Source: Lingula anatina (Eukaryota > Animalia > Brachiopoda). Taken from it: DNA of 64,000 bases. Below the pieces are notes generated by a model. It was not told the DNA's origin. It made no database searches and saw nothing but the letters and a program-made list of their open reading frames with translations. Within the stretch, counting starts at the first letter, position 1, and every line of letters starts with the position of its first letter. Position numbers and translations under genes: made by a program. Positions 1 through 14,138 of the stretch are shown here, in pieces. Location of the stretch: contig CM120640.1 in the NCBI GenBank assembly GCA_051362555.1, positions 52,988,788 to 53,052,787 of the forward strand, in the 5' to 3' direction.

Positions 1-940
1 AAGCCAGTAATCTGTTAGAGCTTGATTACATGGGAGTTATTGGAGGTGCCCAATATGAGGGGGTGGACTTGTGTCTGAAGTAACCAATCAGTTTTTAAGT
101 TATGTGGTTGACAATTTAGTTGATAAAGTTTAGCATAAAATCTGTGAACTTAAATCTAAAAGAGGACTGGATAGAAGAGAGAGAGGCTTGTACCATGTAG
201 CTATTAGTGTAGCAAAATATATTCTGTTGAAGTTAGAACATGGAGTCGTTTCATTCTTTTCCGTGTGCAGAGTTTAAGACATGGCACCTGGGAATCTCTG
301 CAGCATTACAGATACGTAGCGTTATCCAAAGATATGAGCCTATTCAGCCCAAACCCCTAGGGTTTTATCATAAAAAGTTACGTATTTAATGTAATGTGGG
401 GGCCTGGGATGGTCTTAAAGGGGATTCCCCACACTTTGTTTACTAATATTCAACAGTTAAGTAAGTTTAAAGGCAATAGCTTAAATAATAAATTATTTGT
501 ATTACATACATTCTGGAAAAAGAAAGGAAAATAAGAAAAACAAAACAAAACAATATATATGTAAAACTTTGGGAAAAATGGTCAATAAACTTGACCTTTA
601 TTTTACTAACATTCATCAGTTCTGTAAGTTTAAAGCCAGAAAAAATGGTTTTCCACTTATCGTGTTATCTCTGAAGGTGCATGGCGACAACAATGCTGAT
701 AGATGCAGGTGATAAGAGTTTTACTCAAAAAGTGTGTATTGTTATAGCACTGATATTAAGTGTTTTAATTATTTTACAAAATGAAAAGAAAGATGGGCCT
801 TATAAGACAGCACATGTATAAAACAATAAGTTTTGTAACAGACTCAATTACCTCTTGGTTAGTACTTTTTTGTGTCTGATGCATATATTCCCTATAGTAT
901 TTGGTTATAATTATGTCAATATGTTTTGTCTTATATTTAG

Positions 941-3900
941 GAACATCTATGTCATCTCCTCATGTGGTAAGTGAATTTCTGACATCGCATTTTACACTTA
1001 TATGCCTATACTTGCTCTAATTATGTGAAAAATCTCAGTACTAATTATTTCTATATATCCAGATACACACTAACATTTTGGGAGAATTTTCTAAACACTC
1101 CAAGTTGAAATCTATAATATTTTCATAGGCTGGTGTTGCAGCTGTGCTACTGTCTGAAGATAATGACTTAACACCAGAGGAGCTGGCCAATAAACTGAAA
1201 GAACTTGGGTATGTGTACATCGCTAACACAAAATGTTATCACTCTTTTGCTAGACTTAAGCTGACTGCATTCCAGCTTTTTGCTAAACAACTTGGTATTG
1301 ATATTGGTTGAAAAGTATTTATTTTTATTTACAATGAATAACTGTTGGTATACATAGATTGCATTCCCAACGAGTTGAGCCAGGCTTTACAAATCCTGGA
1401 ACTAAATATGGCAGACGTACATGAAAGAAAAACCGCCTAATCTTTTAATAGATTCTCCGCCTCTCACACGCATCCCCATGCGTCGTCCCTGCGGGGGTAC
1501 AGTCATTAAATCTCGGCACCATTGGGACGACACATGGGGAGGCATGTGAGAGGCGGAGAGACTATTAAAAGATTAGGTGGTTTTTCTTTCACGTACGTCC
1601 GCCATATTTAGTTCCAGGATTTGTAAAGCCATGGCTCAACTCGTTGTGAATGCGATCACAGAGTGAGTGGGGGTGGGGGGTGGGGGGGGGGTGAAAGTTT
1701 TTAGAGTGAGAGATTGATTCACAATACAATAATACGCACAATATGAAGACTACCTTTAAATAATATAAGATGACACTTTCTATTGCTCACTGACATGTTT
1801 CAAAGGGTAAAATAGTGATTTGCGTTATACCTTTGTCGTACCCCTTTTATATCAGACCTTCCTGAAATAGTTGGTGTGCCTTGGCTAAGTTTTCTTAGGG
1901 CTAAAATTACTTGTGCATTATAAGGCTATCAATTTCACATTTTATGATCCTGTGGTAATTCTGTTTTCATCTTAGATGGACACCATTAAAGCAATAATTA
2001 CTCTTCCTTTGAGATTCAAAATTCCGCAAGAAATACATTGTAAACAACACATGGAAATATATTATATTGCATTTCACCACTAAAATGGCTATTATTGTAG
2101 TAAAACTATGCTCAAAAACCAACACGAGACGGGTTGGACTAAAACCATAAGTATCACCAGTGCCCATGCTAGTGGTACTAAATAGCATGTTTGCTTAAAA
2201 TAAAACAACGGAATGCAACTTTATTTTGGTTTTAATATACTTATGATGAAGAAAAAAATGAGTCTTTATATCATTCAGTATTATGGAATTTAAATACAAA
2301 AAGTCAGTATGCAGTGGAATATTGTTCAGCATGCAGAATTTCACTTGAGTTTCATTTTAGTGATTTCAAACAAAAGATAGATTAAAATGAAAGTCTAAAT
2401 CTCTGATCTGATAAAGTAAACTAGGACTGGTTACTATACCAATATCGATCTATCATGATTGGCCTATCTCCCTGGGGAGTCTCACTAAATTGCTATCAAC
2501 TTAACTGGATTAAATGTCTGTCATGCCTACGGAATCAGCTACAGGGTAATGAAAATTACCCCCTAACAGCTTTACTAGGCGTGACAGACATTTAAGCCAG
2601 TTAAGTTGATAGCAATATATTGCGACTTCCGAGGGAGATAGATTGACCCAAAGCTGTGGGAATGGTCCCTAACAGATTGAATGAAATGAAAGTCTAAAAC
2701 TCTTATCAGATAAGTTAAACTAACAGAAGACAAAGCTATTTTTAAGTTTTATTTGCACTATTTCTTTATTTTGTAAATATATGATCTTAAAACAGGGGGT
2801 TACCGAAATGGACAGAAATATTTTTAAAATAACAGAAATATTTAAAACATATAACATGCATGGAGGACCCAAACAACAGCAAAACTGGCCTGTGCAGAGT
2901 ATGGTAAATAATAATTATAATTATAATAAACTAGAGGATCAGAGAGGCGATACCGCCTCCGAATATTGTACCACCAGCTGGAGCAAGCGCATTCATATAG
3001 ACCCCCACATATACAAAATAAGGAACACAGCCACAGCTTGACAAGCTGTAAAAATGCAATCAACAAGAATTTTCAAAATATGCAAAAAATATATATATTA
3101 CTAAAAATGGTACAATCAAAGTTAAGTTCATCGCAAGGTAGGTCAAAGGTCAATTCCAACGTCATAGTAAATTGCCAGTATATGACTTCCTATTCAACTT
3201 CAATAGTAACTATGGGCCTATCTCTGCCAGGTTTGGAGTTAAAAGAGAAAGAAATTAGCAGAGTTCAGTTCATGATAATAAGTAGGTCAAAGGTCAATTT
3301 CAAGGTCACACTTAGATTGCCAGTATATGACTTCCTATTAACGTTCAATAGTAACTATGGACCTATCTCTGCCAGTTTTGGAGATAAAGGGGAAGCAAAC
3401 TATGCAAAGTTCAGTTCATGGTGAAAAGTAGGTCAAAGGTCAATTTTAAGGTCACTTTAAGATTGCCAGTATATGACTTCCTATTCAACTTCAATAGAGA
3501 CTATGGACCTATCTCTGCCAGTTTTGGAGATAAAAGGGAATCAAAATTTGCAAAGTTCAGTTCATGGTGAAAAGTAGGTCAAAGGTCAATTTTAAGGTCA
3601 CATGTAGATTGCCAGTATATGACTTCCTGTTCAAGTTCAATAGAGACTATGGACCTATCTCTGCCAGTTTTGGAGATAAAAGGGAAGCAAAATTTGCAAA
3701 GTTCAGTTCATGGTGAAAAGTAGGTCAAAGGTCAATTTTAAGGTCACATTTAGATTGCCAGTATATGTCTTCCTATTCAACTTCAATAGTAACTATGGAC
3801 GTATCTCTGCCAGTTTTGGAGATATAAGGGACTAAATGTTATAATTTTGGAGTTACCATAATGTGCCATATATTTCCTACAGAAAAAATTAATTAAAATA

Positions 3901-6257
3901 AAGAGAAGGTCATTTTGGTCAAAATTCTTGAAATGGGAGGTGCTCTGAAGTTCCAGATGTTCAAATTTGATGAAATGTCATTTTTGACCACAAGTTGTCT
4001 GCTTTGCCAAGCCTTATGTTTTATTTTTCCGGAGTTCAAAATTTATTATCCATTACCGTACTTCACATTTTGCTTTCACCACCAATATGACTTTTTGATA
4101 CAGCGTAACTTTGGAGATAAAAGGGAAGCAAAATTTGCAAAGTTCAGTTCTTGGTGAAAAGTAGGTCAAAGGTCAATTTTAAGGTCACATTTGGATTGCC
4201 AGTATATGACTTCCTATTCAACTTCAATAGTAACTATGGACCTATCTCTGCCAGTTTTGGAGATAAAAGGGAATCAAAATTTGCAAAGTTCAGTTCATGG
4301 TGAAAAGTAGGTCAAAGGTCAATTTTTAGGTCACATTTAGATTGCCAGTATATGACTTCCTATTCAACTTCAATAGTAACTATGGACCTATCTCTGCCAG
4401 TTTTGGAGATAAAAGGGAAGCAAAATTTGCAAAGTTCAGTTCATGGTGAAAAGTAGGTCAAAGGTCAATTTTAAGGTCACATTTAGATTGCCAGTATATG
4501 ACTTCCTATTCAACTTCAATAGTAACTATGGACCTATCTCTGCCAGTTTTGGAGATAAAAGGGAAGCAAAATTTGCAAAGTTCAGTTCATGGTGAAAAGT
4601 AGGTCAAAGGTCAATTTTAAGGTCACATTTAGATTGCCAGTGTATGACTTCCTATTCAAGTTCAATAGAGACTATGGACCTATCTCTGCCAGTTTTGGAG
4701 ATAAAAGGGAAGCAAAATTTGCAAAGTTCAGTTCATGGTGAAAAGTAGGTCAAAGGTCAATTTTAAGGTCACATTTAGATTGCCAGTGTATGACTTCCTA
4801 TTCAAGTTCAATAGTAACTATGGACCTATCTCTGCCAGTTTTGGAGATATAAGGGACTAAATGTTATAATTTTGGAGTTACCATAATGTGCCATAAATTT
4901 CCTACAAAAAAAATTAATTAAAATAAAGAAAAGGTCATTTTGGTCAAAATTCTTGAAATGGGAGGTGCTCTGAAGTTCCAGATGTTCAAATTTGATGAAA
5001 TAATGTCATTTTTGACCACAAGTTGTCTGCTTTGCCAAGCCTTATGTTTTATTTTTCCGGAGTTCAAAATTTATTATCCATTACCGTACTGCACATTTTG
5101 CTTTCACCACCAATATGTACTTTTTGATACAGCGTAACTCGAAAACCGTATGGAATACAAAAAAACGGAGACCACTTCCAGTGTTGGGCTTTACATGCTC
5201 TACAAAATGCAAAAAAGAATGGGTGTCTAGCATTAACGGTTCCCGAATTAGAGACAGTTTTCAGTTTCGATATCTTATGGCCGCTACTCCCGTGAAAATG
5301 CACCGATTGACCCCAAATTCACGGAGATGAAAGATGACCTGAAGGGTAACACTTACCATTAATATTATTAGTTAAGTCTGTGTGGTGTCTGAATAAGACC
5401 GCAAATCATTTTTTTTTCGGCAAAAATTTTGTTTTTTTGAAAATTTTGGCCCGTTTGACCTTAAAATAAAGGTCAAAGGTCAAATCCAAGGGCATATTTG
5501 AAATCTACACATATGACTTTTGGAAAGCTGTCTGTAGAAATTTTTCCCATAATTCCTTCTGTAGGGGAGATAATTAGCATTTAATTTTGCCATTTTTGGA
5601 CAAGGGTGCATTGCAATGAGTGCCACACCTAGACCCCAATACCGACAAAGCCCAAATTTTACGTGGAACGAGTTGAGATTATAGGTGACCTAAATCGAAG
5701 AGATGGGTATGGAGGCCCTTACCATCTAGGAGGAGAAGCGGTAACGGTGACTTGGCGGCGGAGCCGCAGGAGCCGCAGGAGCCGGCGGAACATACGGGTC
5801 GGGACTAAAACCATGTGTACCGCCAGCGCCTACGCTGGTGGTACAAATACTATAAATTCAAGTTATCTTTACAAATCCCTCCCAGTCCAAATAAACAAAG
5901 ATGTCAAGTGCAGTTGTCCCTATGATTCTGGCCAATCAGAGTTGGATGAATACCACTTGTAGCAAAGAAATGGCAAAGAAATTGAAAGAAAAAAAGAAAA
6001 AAAAAAAGAAAAAAGTTGATATCAAAAACCTATTATTTAATTGATATGTTTTTTTGTTTTTTTTGCTTTGTAATTGTCTAAATTATTAAAACATGCTTTA
6101 ATTTTCAGAAATTTGTTGTTCTGTACAGATATATTGTTACGCAGGTATTGTAATTGACACTTAAGTATTGATTTTATCTTTCAGTGCTAAAAACCAGATC
6201 AGTAACATTCCAAGCGAAACAGTAAATCTGTTGCTCTTCAATGACTGTCAGCAATAA
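941..6257 (+). CDS. Subtilisin-family (S8A, proteinase K/aqualysin-like) serine protease, last three exons; 5' part lies outside the window
   Basis: Exons 941-966, 1129-1208 and 6185-6257 have AG/GT borders and compatible phases. They give (G)TSMSSPHV|AGVAAVLLSEDNDLTPEELANKLKELG|AKNQISNIPSETVNLLLFNDCQQ*, containing the subtilase catalytic-Ser motif GTSMxxPHVAG and a proteinase-K-like C-terminus. Confidence 0.88.
1357..1657. mobile_element. Foldback (palindromic) MITE
   Basis: Roughly 130-bp inverted arms (GCATTCCCAACGAGTTGAGCC...GTCGTCCC / GGGACGAC...GGCTCAACTCGTTGTGAATGC) around a ~35-bp spacer. Confidence 0.8.
2120..2182 (+). mobile_element. Solo 3' end of a Helentron-like element
   Basis: ACGGGTTGGACTAAAACCATAAGTATCACCAGTGCCCATGCTAGTGGTACTAAAT resembles the 3' hairpin end at 5793-5850. 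Confidence 0.6.
2422..2672. mobile_element. Foldback MITE family A copy
   Basis: Shares GATCGATCTA / GGAGTCTCACTAAATTGC / TAATTACCCCCT / GGGAATGGTCCCTAA segments with copies at 11846, 28070, 46861, 49183 and 49442. Internally palindromic. Confidence 0.75.
2928..5850 (+). mobile_element. Non-autonomous Helentron/HINE-like element carrying a satellite array
   Basis: Subterminal inverted repeats TTGTACCACCAGC (2966-2978) and GCTGGTGGTACAA (5834-5846), a 3' stem-loop GTACCGCCAGCG-CCTA-CGCTGGTGGTAC (5817-5844), a short GGAGCCGCA repeat before it, internal tandem repeats and A-rich flanks. This matches the architecture of Helentron-associated elements. Confidence 0.7.
3120..4850 (+). repeat. 146-bp tandem satellite, about 10 units in two blocks
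   Basis: AGGTCAAAGGTCA recurs at 3430, 3576 and 3722 (period 146). Blocks ~3120-3826 and ~4110-4850 are each followed by the same ~280-bp segment (~3827-4109 and ~4851-5139). Confidence 0.95.
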
Positions 6258-8449
6258 AATCTGCATCAAGAGGATGAAACTTATTCATCCAATTCCATTT
6301 CTTTGGATTTTGCAAAATATGTTGCATTATGGAAGGAAGCACAAAAATTCATAATCAGCACTGTTGCTCCATTAACAGGATTGTTATACAATTTCTGTAA
6401 TATCAATTCACCATAATGATGTTGAAATAAATCAGAATTAAGTATATTACTTAGGCAAAAAATAAGTCCTAATGATTTGGCATTAGAGAGGGCCAAAGGT
6501 GCTCTTATTATTCGGAAACTGTGAACACTTTCTTTGTAATTTGAATGTTGTATAGCATACTAAAATGAAAATAACTTTCATCCCTGAATAAAACACGAAG
6601 TCTGTATAACTTCTTAACTAAAAGCAAGGTTTTTAACAGGATAAATAAAGTTGGGATGAATCACAACTACAAATATACAGGTGCTGCATTTAGAAAACAT
6701 GCTTAGAAAATAATAAGATTAGTTGATATTTATTGTGCAATTCATGGCCTTATAAACAAAACTGATTTTTTTCTTGCTTCAGGCTTGCGATGAGGACCAC
6801 TGAATTACTGACATAAACTCAAATTTCATAGTGTGAGCACCATTTACTATTCACCTTATCATTGGTCTTTCATATTTGTAATAAATAAAGAGGAATCAAA
6901 GCGCATTTTAGTGTCTTTATTGCAGCTTCAGCCATTTACACTTTGGCAAATATAAGCTTTTGATAACATAGAACTGCCTTGGACCTTAAATAGTAAACTG
7001 ATTGCAAACAGGAGCAGGATCAACAGTAACTTTAAAACTTTTTCATTTTTTTTCCAATTCCATTTTTTAACAAACATTCAAACAAATATTAGGTGTGGCC
7101 AACACCTCTCTCCACTTGCTACTTACCTGCAATGCTAATCGTCATGGCTATCGTATCAAAGCCCGTACAATTGTGTGGTACCCCTGGTATTGTATCATGC
7201 TCCAATTATACTATCTGAGCTTACTGCACATCAAATTTAAGGCTAACTGGTAAAAGTTCGCATGTTCAAGTCTGATTTAACTTTTATCTTTGACAATGAG
7301 AATATTAAAAATGTCGTCCAGTCGTCAAATACAGTGTAGATATTCCTTTGCTTGGACACGCTTTCTACAGCTGGACCTCTACCTGGCTAAACCCTGGACC
7401 AGAACTAAATTTCAAAAAATTTGTGTTTCTGTGGAAAAAGCTCATGCCCAGAAATTGTAAAACACATCCATGTATTTTCCATAAAACACAGCTGTCTTAC
7501 ACTGTAGAATGCATTAAATTTGGTGAAGTAATTGCGCAGTCTTTATAGAGGTATTGGACATACAGTGTAGATGTCAAACTTGGCACTTGGCAAGCACGTG
7601 TATTGTGTTTGTATCTCCAAGTGCAACTTTTTTTTTGATAAGCAATAAAATACAAAAACATATGGAATGTCTTTTTCTTTTAAAAAATATATTATTTATT
7701 TTTCAATTAACATCTTAAATACAGTAAATGAAATTAAATGAAGCAAAATTAAATCTGTTTTACATATCATTTTGGACTAATGACATTCAAATGCAGATTC
7801 ACTGCAGAGCAGTTCCTTTGATTGACAGATACTCAACATTGTCTCTATTCTTAAGGGGCACCATAAAGCCAACACATGAACAGGTATAGTGAGTTCTTTA
7901 CAGTGCCCTGACACTCGGGGTGCCTATGACTTGACGTCCAATGAATCTGCCAACAACATGCTGCTGACAAGCTTGTACAGCACCAGGGTAGTTTGTCATC
8001 AAGAACTTCAATGACACCTGGATGGATTAATGAAACTAAATTCCACAGGAAACACTACATGCTAGTCTACTGAAATGAAAAAATAAAAAATAAAAATAAA
8101 ATAAATAAAAAAACTTTGAAATTAGTCAAAAAAATTTTAAAGAATTTAATAAAATCTCTATATATTTGCCATTTGAGACAGTAACTTATGGAAACTTTTG
8201 AAACTAAACTCTGTCCTCACAAGATAAAAATCCAAATAGAAACAGCCATTGGATAACCCTCAAACCAAGTACACATACTAGTACTTTAAATAGTTCAGGC
8301 TTCATCATCTCTTTATAAAAAAAATTGCTACCAATTGGTCAAAAGACAGAGAGGTCCAGGAAAACTACCTGCACCACTCTGCTGGCCTCTTGTATGGAGT
8401 ACATTCAGATTTACTGTAGATGTTACATCAACCCGGGTAGGCGTTGCAA

Positions 8450-8650
8450 AACGTGGTGCTTAAAGCTGGCATACTAAAGGAATATTTCACTGTCAGACCA
8501 GGTACCTAACCTCTACTTCCAACAGAGCCAAGTGCCAAGCAGGGAGACAGTGGGTACTCTTTAAGAAGAACTGGTACGTTCCCGGCAGAGCTGAATCCAT
8601 GTCCCTCTGCTCTGGGGGCAGAGATCCACTTAATTACTAGTAAGGTCATC
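8450..8650 (-). mobile_element. Degenerate tRNA-derived SINE fragment
   Basis: GCCAAGTGCCAAGCAGGGAG...GTACTCTTTAAG...CTGGTACG...CCGG resembles, from memory, the reverse strand of mollusc Meta-type SINE cores. Diverged. Confidence 0.4.
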
Positions 8651-8713
8651 CAGTCGGTAATGAATGATCACAGTGAATTATTGGTCAATTTAGACTTTTC
8701 AATGTAGTGTATG

Positions 8714-9011
8714 TCATGGGGTGCTGCTTTGAACACTTTTATATGTATCATGACTTTGACACTGCATGTCAAGCAGTTCTTGTTTCAGCAACTTGGGTAT
8801 GTCCAGATCTTCCATACACTCTTTAGGGAGTAGTTTCCTAAGAACCTGAATACATCTTTCCCTCAAGGAATACACTGAAAATTAAAAAATCCAACAAAAT
8901 AGTATAAATGATGGAGCCATCACTAAACAAAATTGTTTTAACCATAATTTGTACAATGTGTGCTTTATGGTAGACTATGACACTGGAAAGGAAGCAAAAG
9001 TATTGTAGGTG

Positions 9012-9066
<55 letters not shown>

Positions 9067-9843
9067 GCCGTAGGTTGCACTGGGTGGAACAGTTGAAGAT
9101 GGTTGGTTGAATATTTTTGTAAAAAGAAAAAAAAGGGTTTCCTTATCTTTGTTCCAGTCCATCAGAAGTTCAATTATTTTTCCTCCATGGAATTATTATC
9201 TAGATGATTACCACAGTCGGTAAAAATCAAATAAGCTGCTTGCAATGTACTGATTTTAGTACCAGTATATATATGTATCTGCACTACTCTAGTACATGTA
9301 GTAGTAGTACTGTCCTGGGGTGAATTTTTCTTCCATTCCCCTCATGTTACTCCCCCACAATATGTTTTTTCACAGGTTAATGGTCTCCCTAACAAAATTA
9401 TGATATTACCCACACAGATAAACCTTTCACATCCATTCTCCTGCACCATTATTCACTCTCATCCACTCATGCATTTGACGAATAGAAAAGTTTTGCCAGT
9501 ATGTGCTTGAATATATACCTGGGATATCAATGTACGTTATGCTTCGTTCTTGTCCACCATCCCATGCTTTAGGAAAAAACACGTCCTTTTTATTTGCAGT
9601 CATGATATATTCCGTACCAGCTTCTCTGAAAACCCATGGATGTGTAACATAGGTGTCTACATAAAAGTTTCGTTGTTGAGGCGATAAATTGCAGTATTTC
9701 ACTCGTTTCCCCTTATAATTTAACCAGAAAATATCAACATTTCTCGAAGTCCTGTTGCAGAATGTAACGTATGCTGGTACATCTGCGTTTTTGGACTTCA
9801 ACATTGTGTTTTCACATTTCCCTTGGGTCACGTCTTCCGACAT
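8714..9843 (-). CDS. VHL: von Hippel-Lindau tumour suppressor homolog (2 exons: 9843-9519, 8874-8714)
   Basis: Beta domain (VTFCNRTSRNVDIFWLNYKG...DTYVTHPWVFRE) splices in phase to an Elongin BC box/alpha domain, VYSLRERCIQVLRKLLPKECMEDLDIPKLLKQEL. Confidence 0.95.
9018..9065. repeat. (AT)n microsatellite
   Basis: Pure AT dinucleotide run in the VHL intron. Confidence 0.95.
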
Positions 9844-10033
9844 AGTTCCAAATCAAACCTGGAGTCGAGCTTCCGACTGGCAATGGGATAGACATCACCA
9901 GTTACGGTGTAAATATAATGGTGACGTCATTGAAATAGGAGCACATGCAAAATGCCGCGAAAAATGATTTGACGAATGATTTGTATCACTTATAGAAACG
10001 CGATAATTTTTGAAACACAAGGGATTTAAAAAA
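9844..10033. promoter_or_regulatory. Bidirectional promoter VHL/UBE2T
   Basis: Only 190 bp between divergent ATGs. CpG-rich for this region, with a palindromic CRE TGACGTCA (~9922), an E2F-like GCCGCGAAAA (~9955) and a CHR-like TTTGAA (~10009). Confidence 0.65.
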
Positions 10034-12742
<2,709 letters not shown>

Positions 12743-13628
12743 CTTATCTTATATTCTCCATTGGAAGAAGTTCAAAACACATTTTATATGGTGCTGCTTT
12801 GATCCAAAACACTTGGGTATTGAAATATGCGAGACTGCAATTCTCAAGTGATTTGTACACTCAGAAATTCTGCATAAGAGGTATTAAGCAATGTGTGCAA
12901 TGAGTGCAATGAGTGAATATTGCAGAAAATAAACCAAAACCGGACTGCATGGACATTATAGAAAACTACACATCTAATGCCACATTCCCTAATTGTATTC
13001 CAGAAGATCCTTTGTATAGGAGGGATTTCAGGTGGAGACACATTATTTAAACATTTATACAAAAGGACTGGATTTTTATTTTATTTATTTATTATTATTA
13101 TTATTTTTTTTTTTTTTGACACATGCTTTTATTCTGGGAATTGTTTTAATTTTTGTTATACTATTGGACATCAACACTTCTTTTGTTGTTGTAAATATAT
13201 AATTTATTTCTCTATATAAACATATAACTGTGAACATAATACTGGGAACAATAATATGTTAATGAGTAACCATTCCAAAACCCAAGAAATGTATTCTGTA
13301 TGGCATATATATACAAAAGGAAGAAAAGATTCGAAGAAAAAAAAATGTTGATAAAAACATTTTCTTCACAATAAATTGCCTAATATGCATGACTTGGCTA
13401 TTATCACCGACTCTTTGAACCTTTTTTTTTTACTATTTAAATGACACTAAGTAAAGTTGCCAATACATATGTACAGAGACCAGAACATGTTGACTAGAAG
13501 TACTATGTAAAGGCCATTATGCTGAAAGTATAAATGCAATAACATGATCTTAATAGATTACTGATGAACCATTGACTACTGAAAAATTGCAACATCTGGT
13601 GACTTGCAATTGACAGGCCTTCCATTAA

Positions 13629-14138
13629 AAGGATAACAACTCTTCATATGAGATTCGAAATTCTGCAATAAATACATTGCTACTAACAAATGTTAAGAAT
13701 GTTAGCATTCCTAACAGTGGGCTAACGAGTCTGAGGGTCAAATATATAGCCCACCCACTTGAAAAGTTCCCCACCAGGAATCTATACAATATCTATTAGG
13801 GGATTGGATGGCAAGCTTTTTAGTGGATTGCCATATTTGACCCTCAGACTAGTTAGTCCACTGTTCTGAATGCAGCCATAGCAATATAATAAATTCCATT
13901 TTACCACAAGAATGGTGAAATCTGTGCATACCATCTGATCATGTGAACCTTCATAGATGGCTACACTCCTAATTTACTTTTCAGAAATTATTACAAAAAC
14001 CAAACTTAAAAAAATAGGCCAACATTGATTCTCATAAAGGATTCACTAACTATTGAAAAGTAAAAGAAAAATGACGATTACCCCAGGAATATTCTTTTCA
14101 TGGCACTTTTCCCATCAAAATGAAGAGCTGTCATCCCT
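13629..14138. mobile_element. TTAA-flanked MITE (Kolobok-like) with a nested foldback element at ~13700-13878
   Basis: TTAA|AAGGATAACAACTCTTCAT...ATGAAGAGCTGTCATCCCT|TTAA, homologous to 26079-26405 but interrupted by the palindrome GCATTCCTAACAGTGGGCTAACGAGTCTGAGGGTCAAATAT...ATATTTGACCCTCAGACTAGTTAGTCCACTGTTCTGAATGC. Confidence 0.7.

Noticed and set aside
676-708. Possible upstream subtilisin exon (SAW-like)
   Set aside because: The frame giving SAWRQQC hits a stop, so it cannot be joined to GTSM.
3120-4850. Regular repeats as a possible CRISPR array
   Set aside because: The units are contiguous 146-bp monomers with no unique spacers, the context is eukaryotic and there are no cas genes.
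3915-5137. Twin ORFs MVKILEMGGALKF... (3915, 4940)
   Set aside because: They result from the duplicated 280-bp segment inside the repeat element and have no protein motif.
8838-9162. YIYIYI ORFs (also 49868-50287)
   Set aside because: Translations of (AT)n microsatellites.
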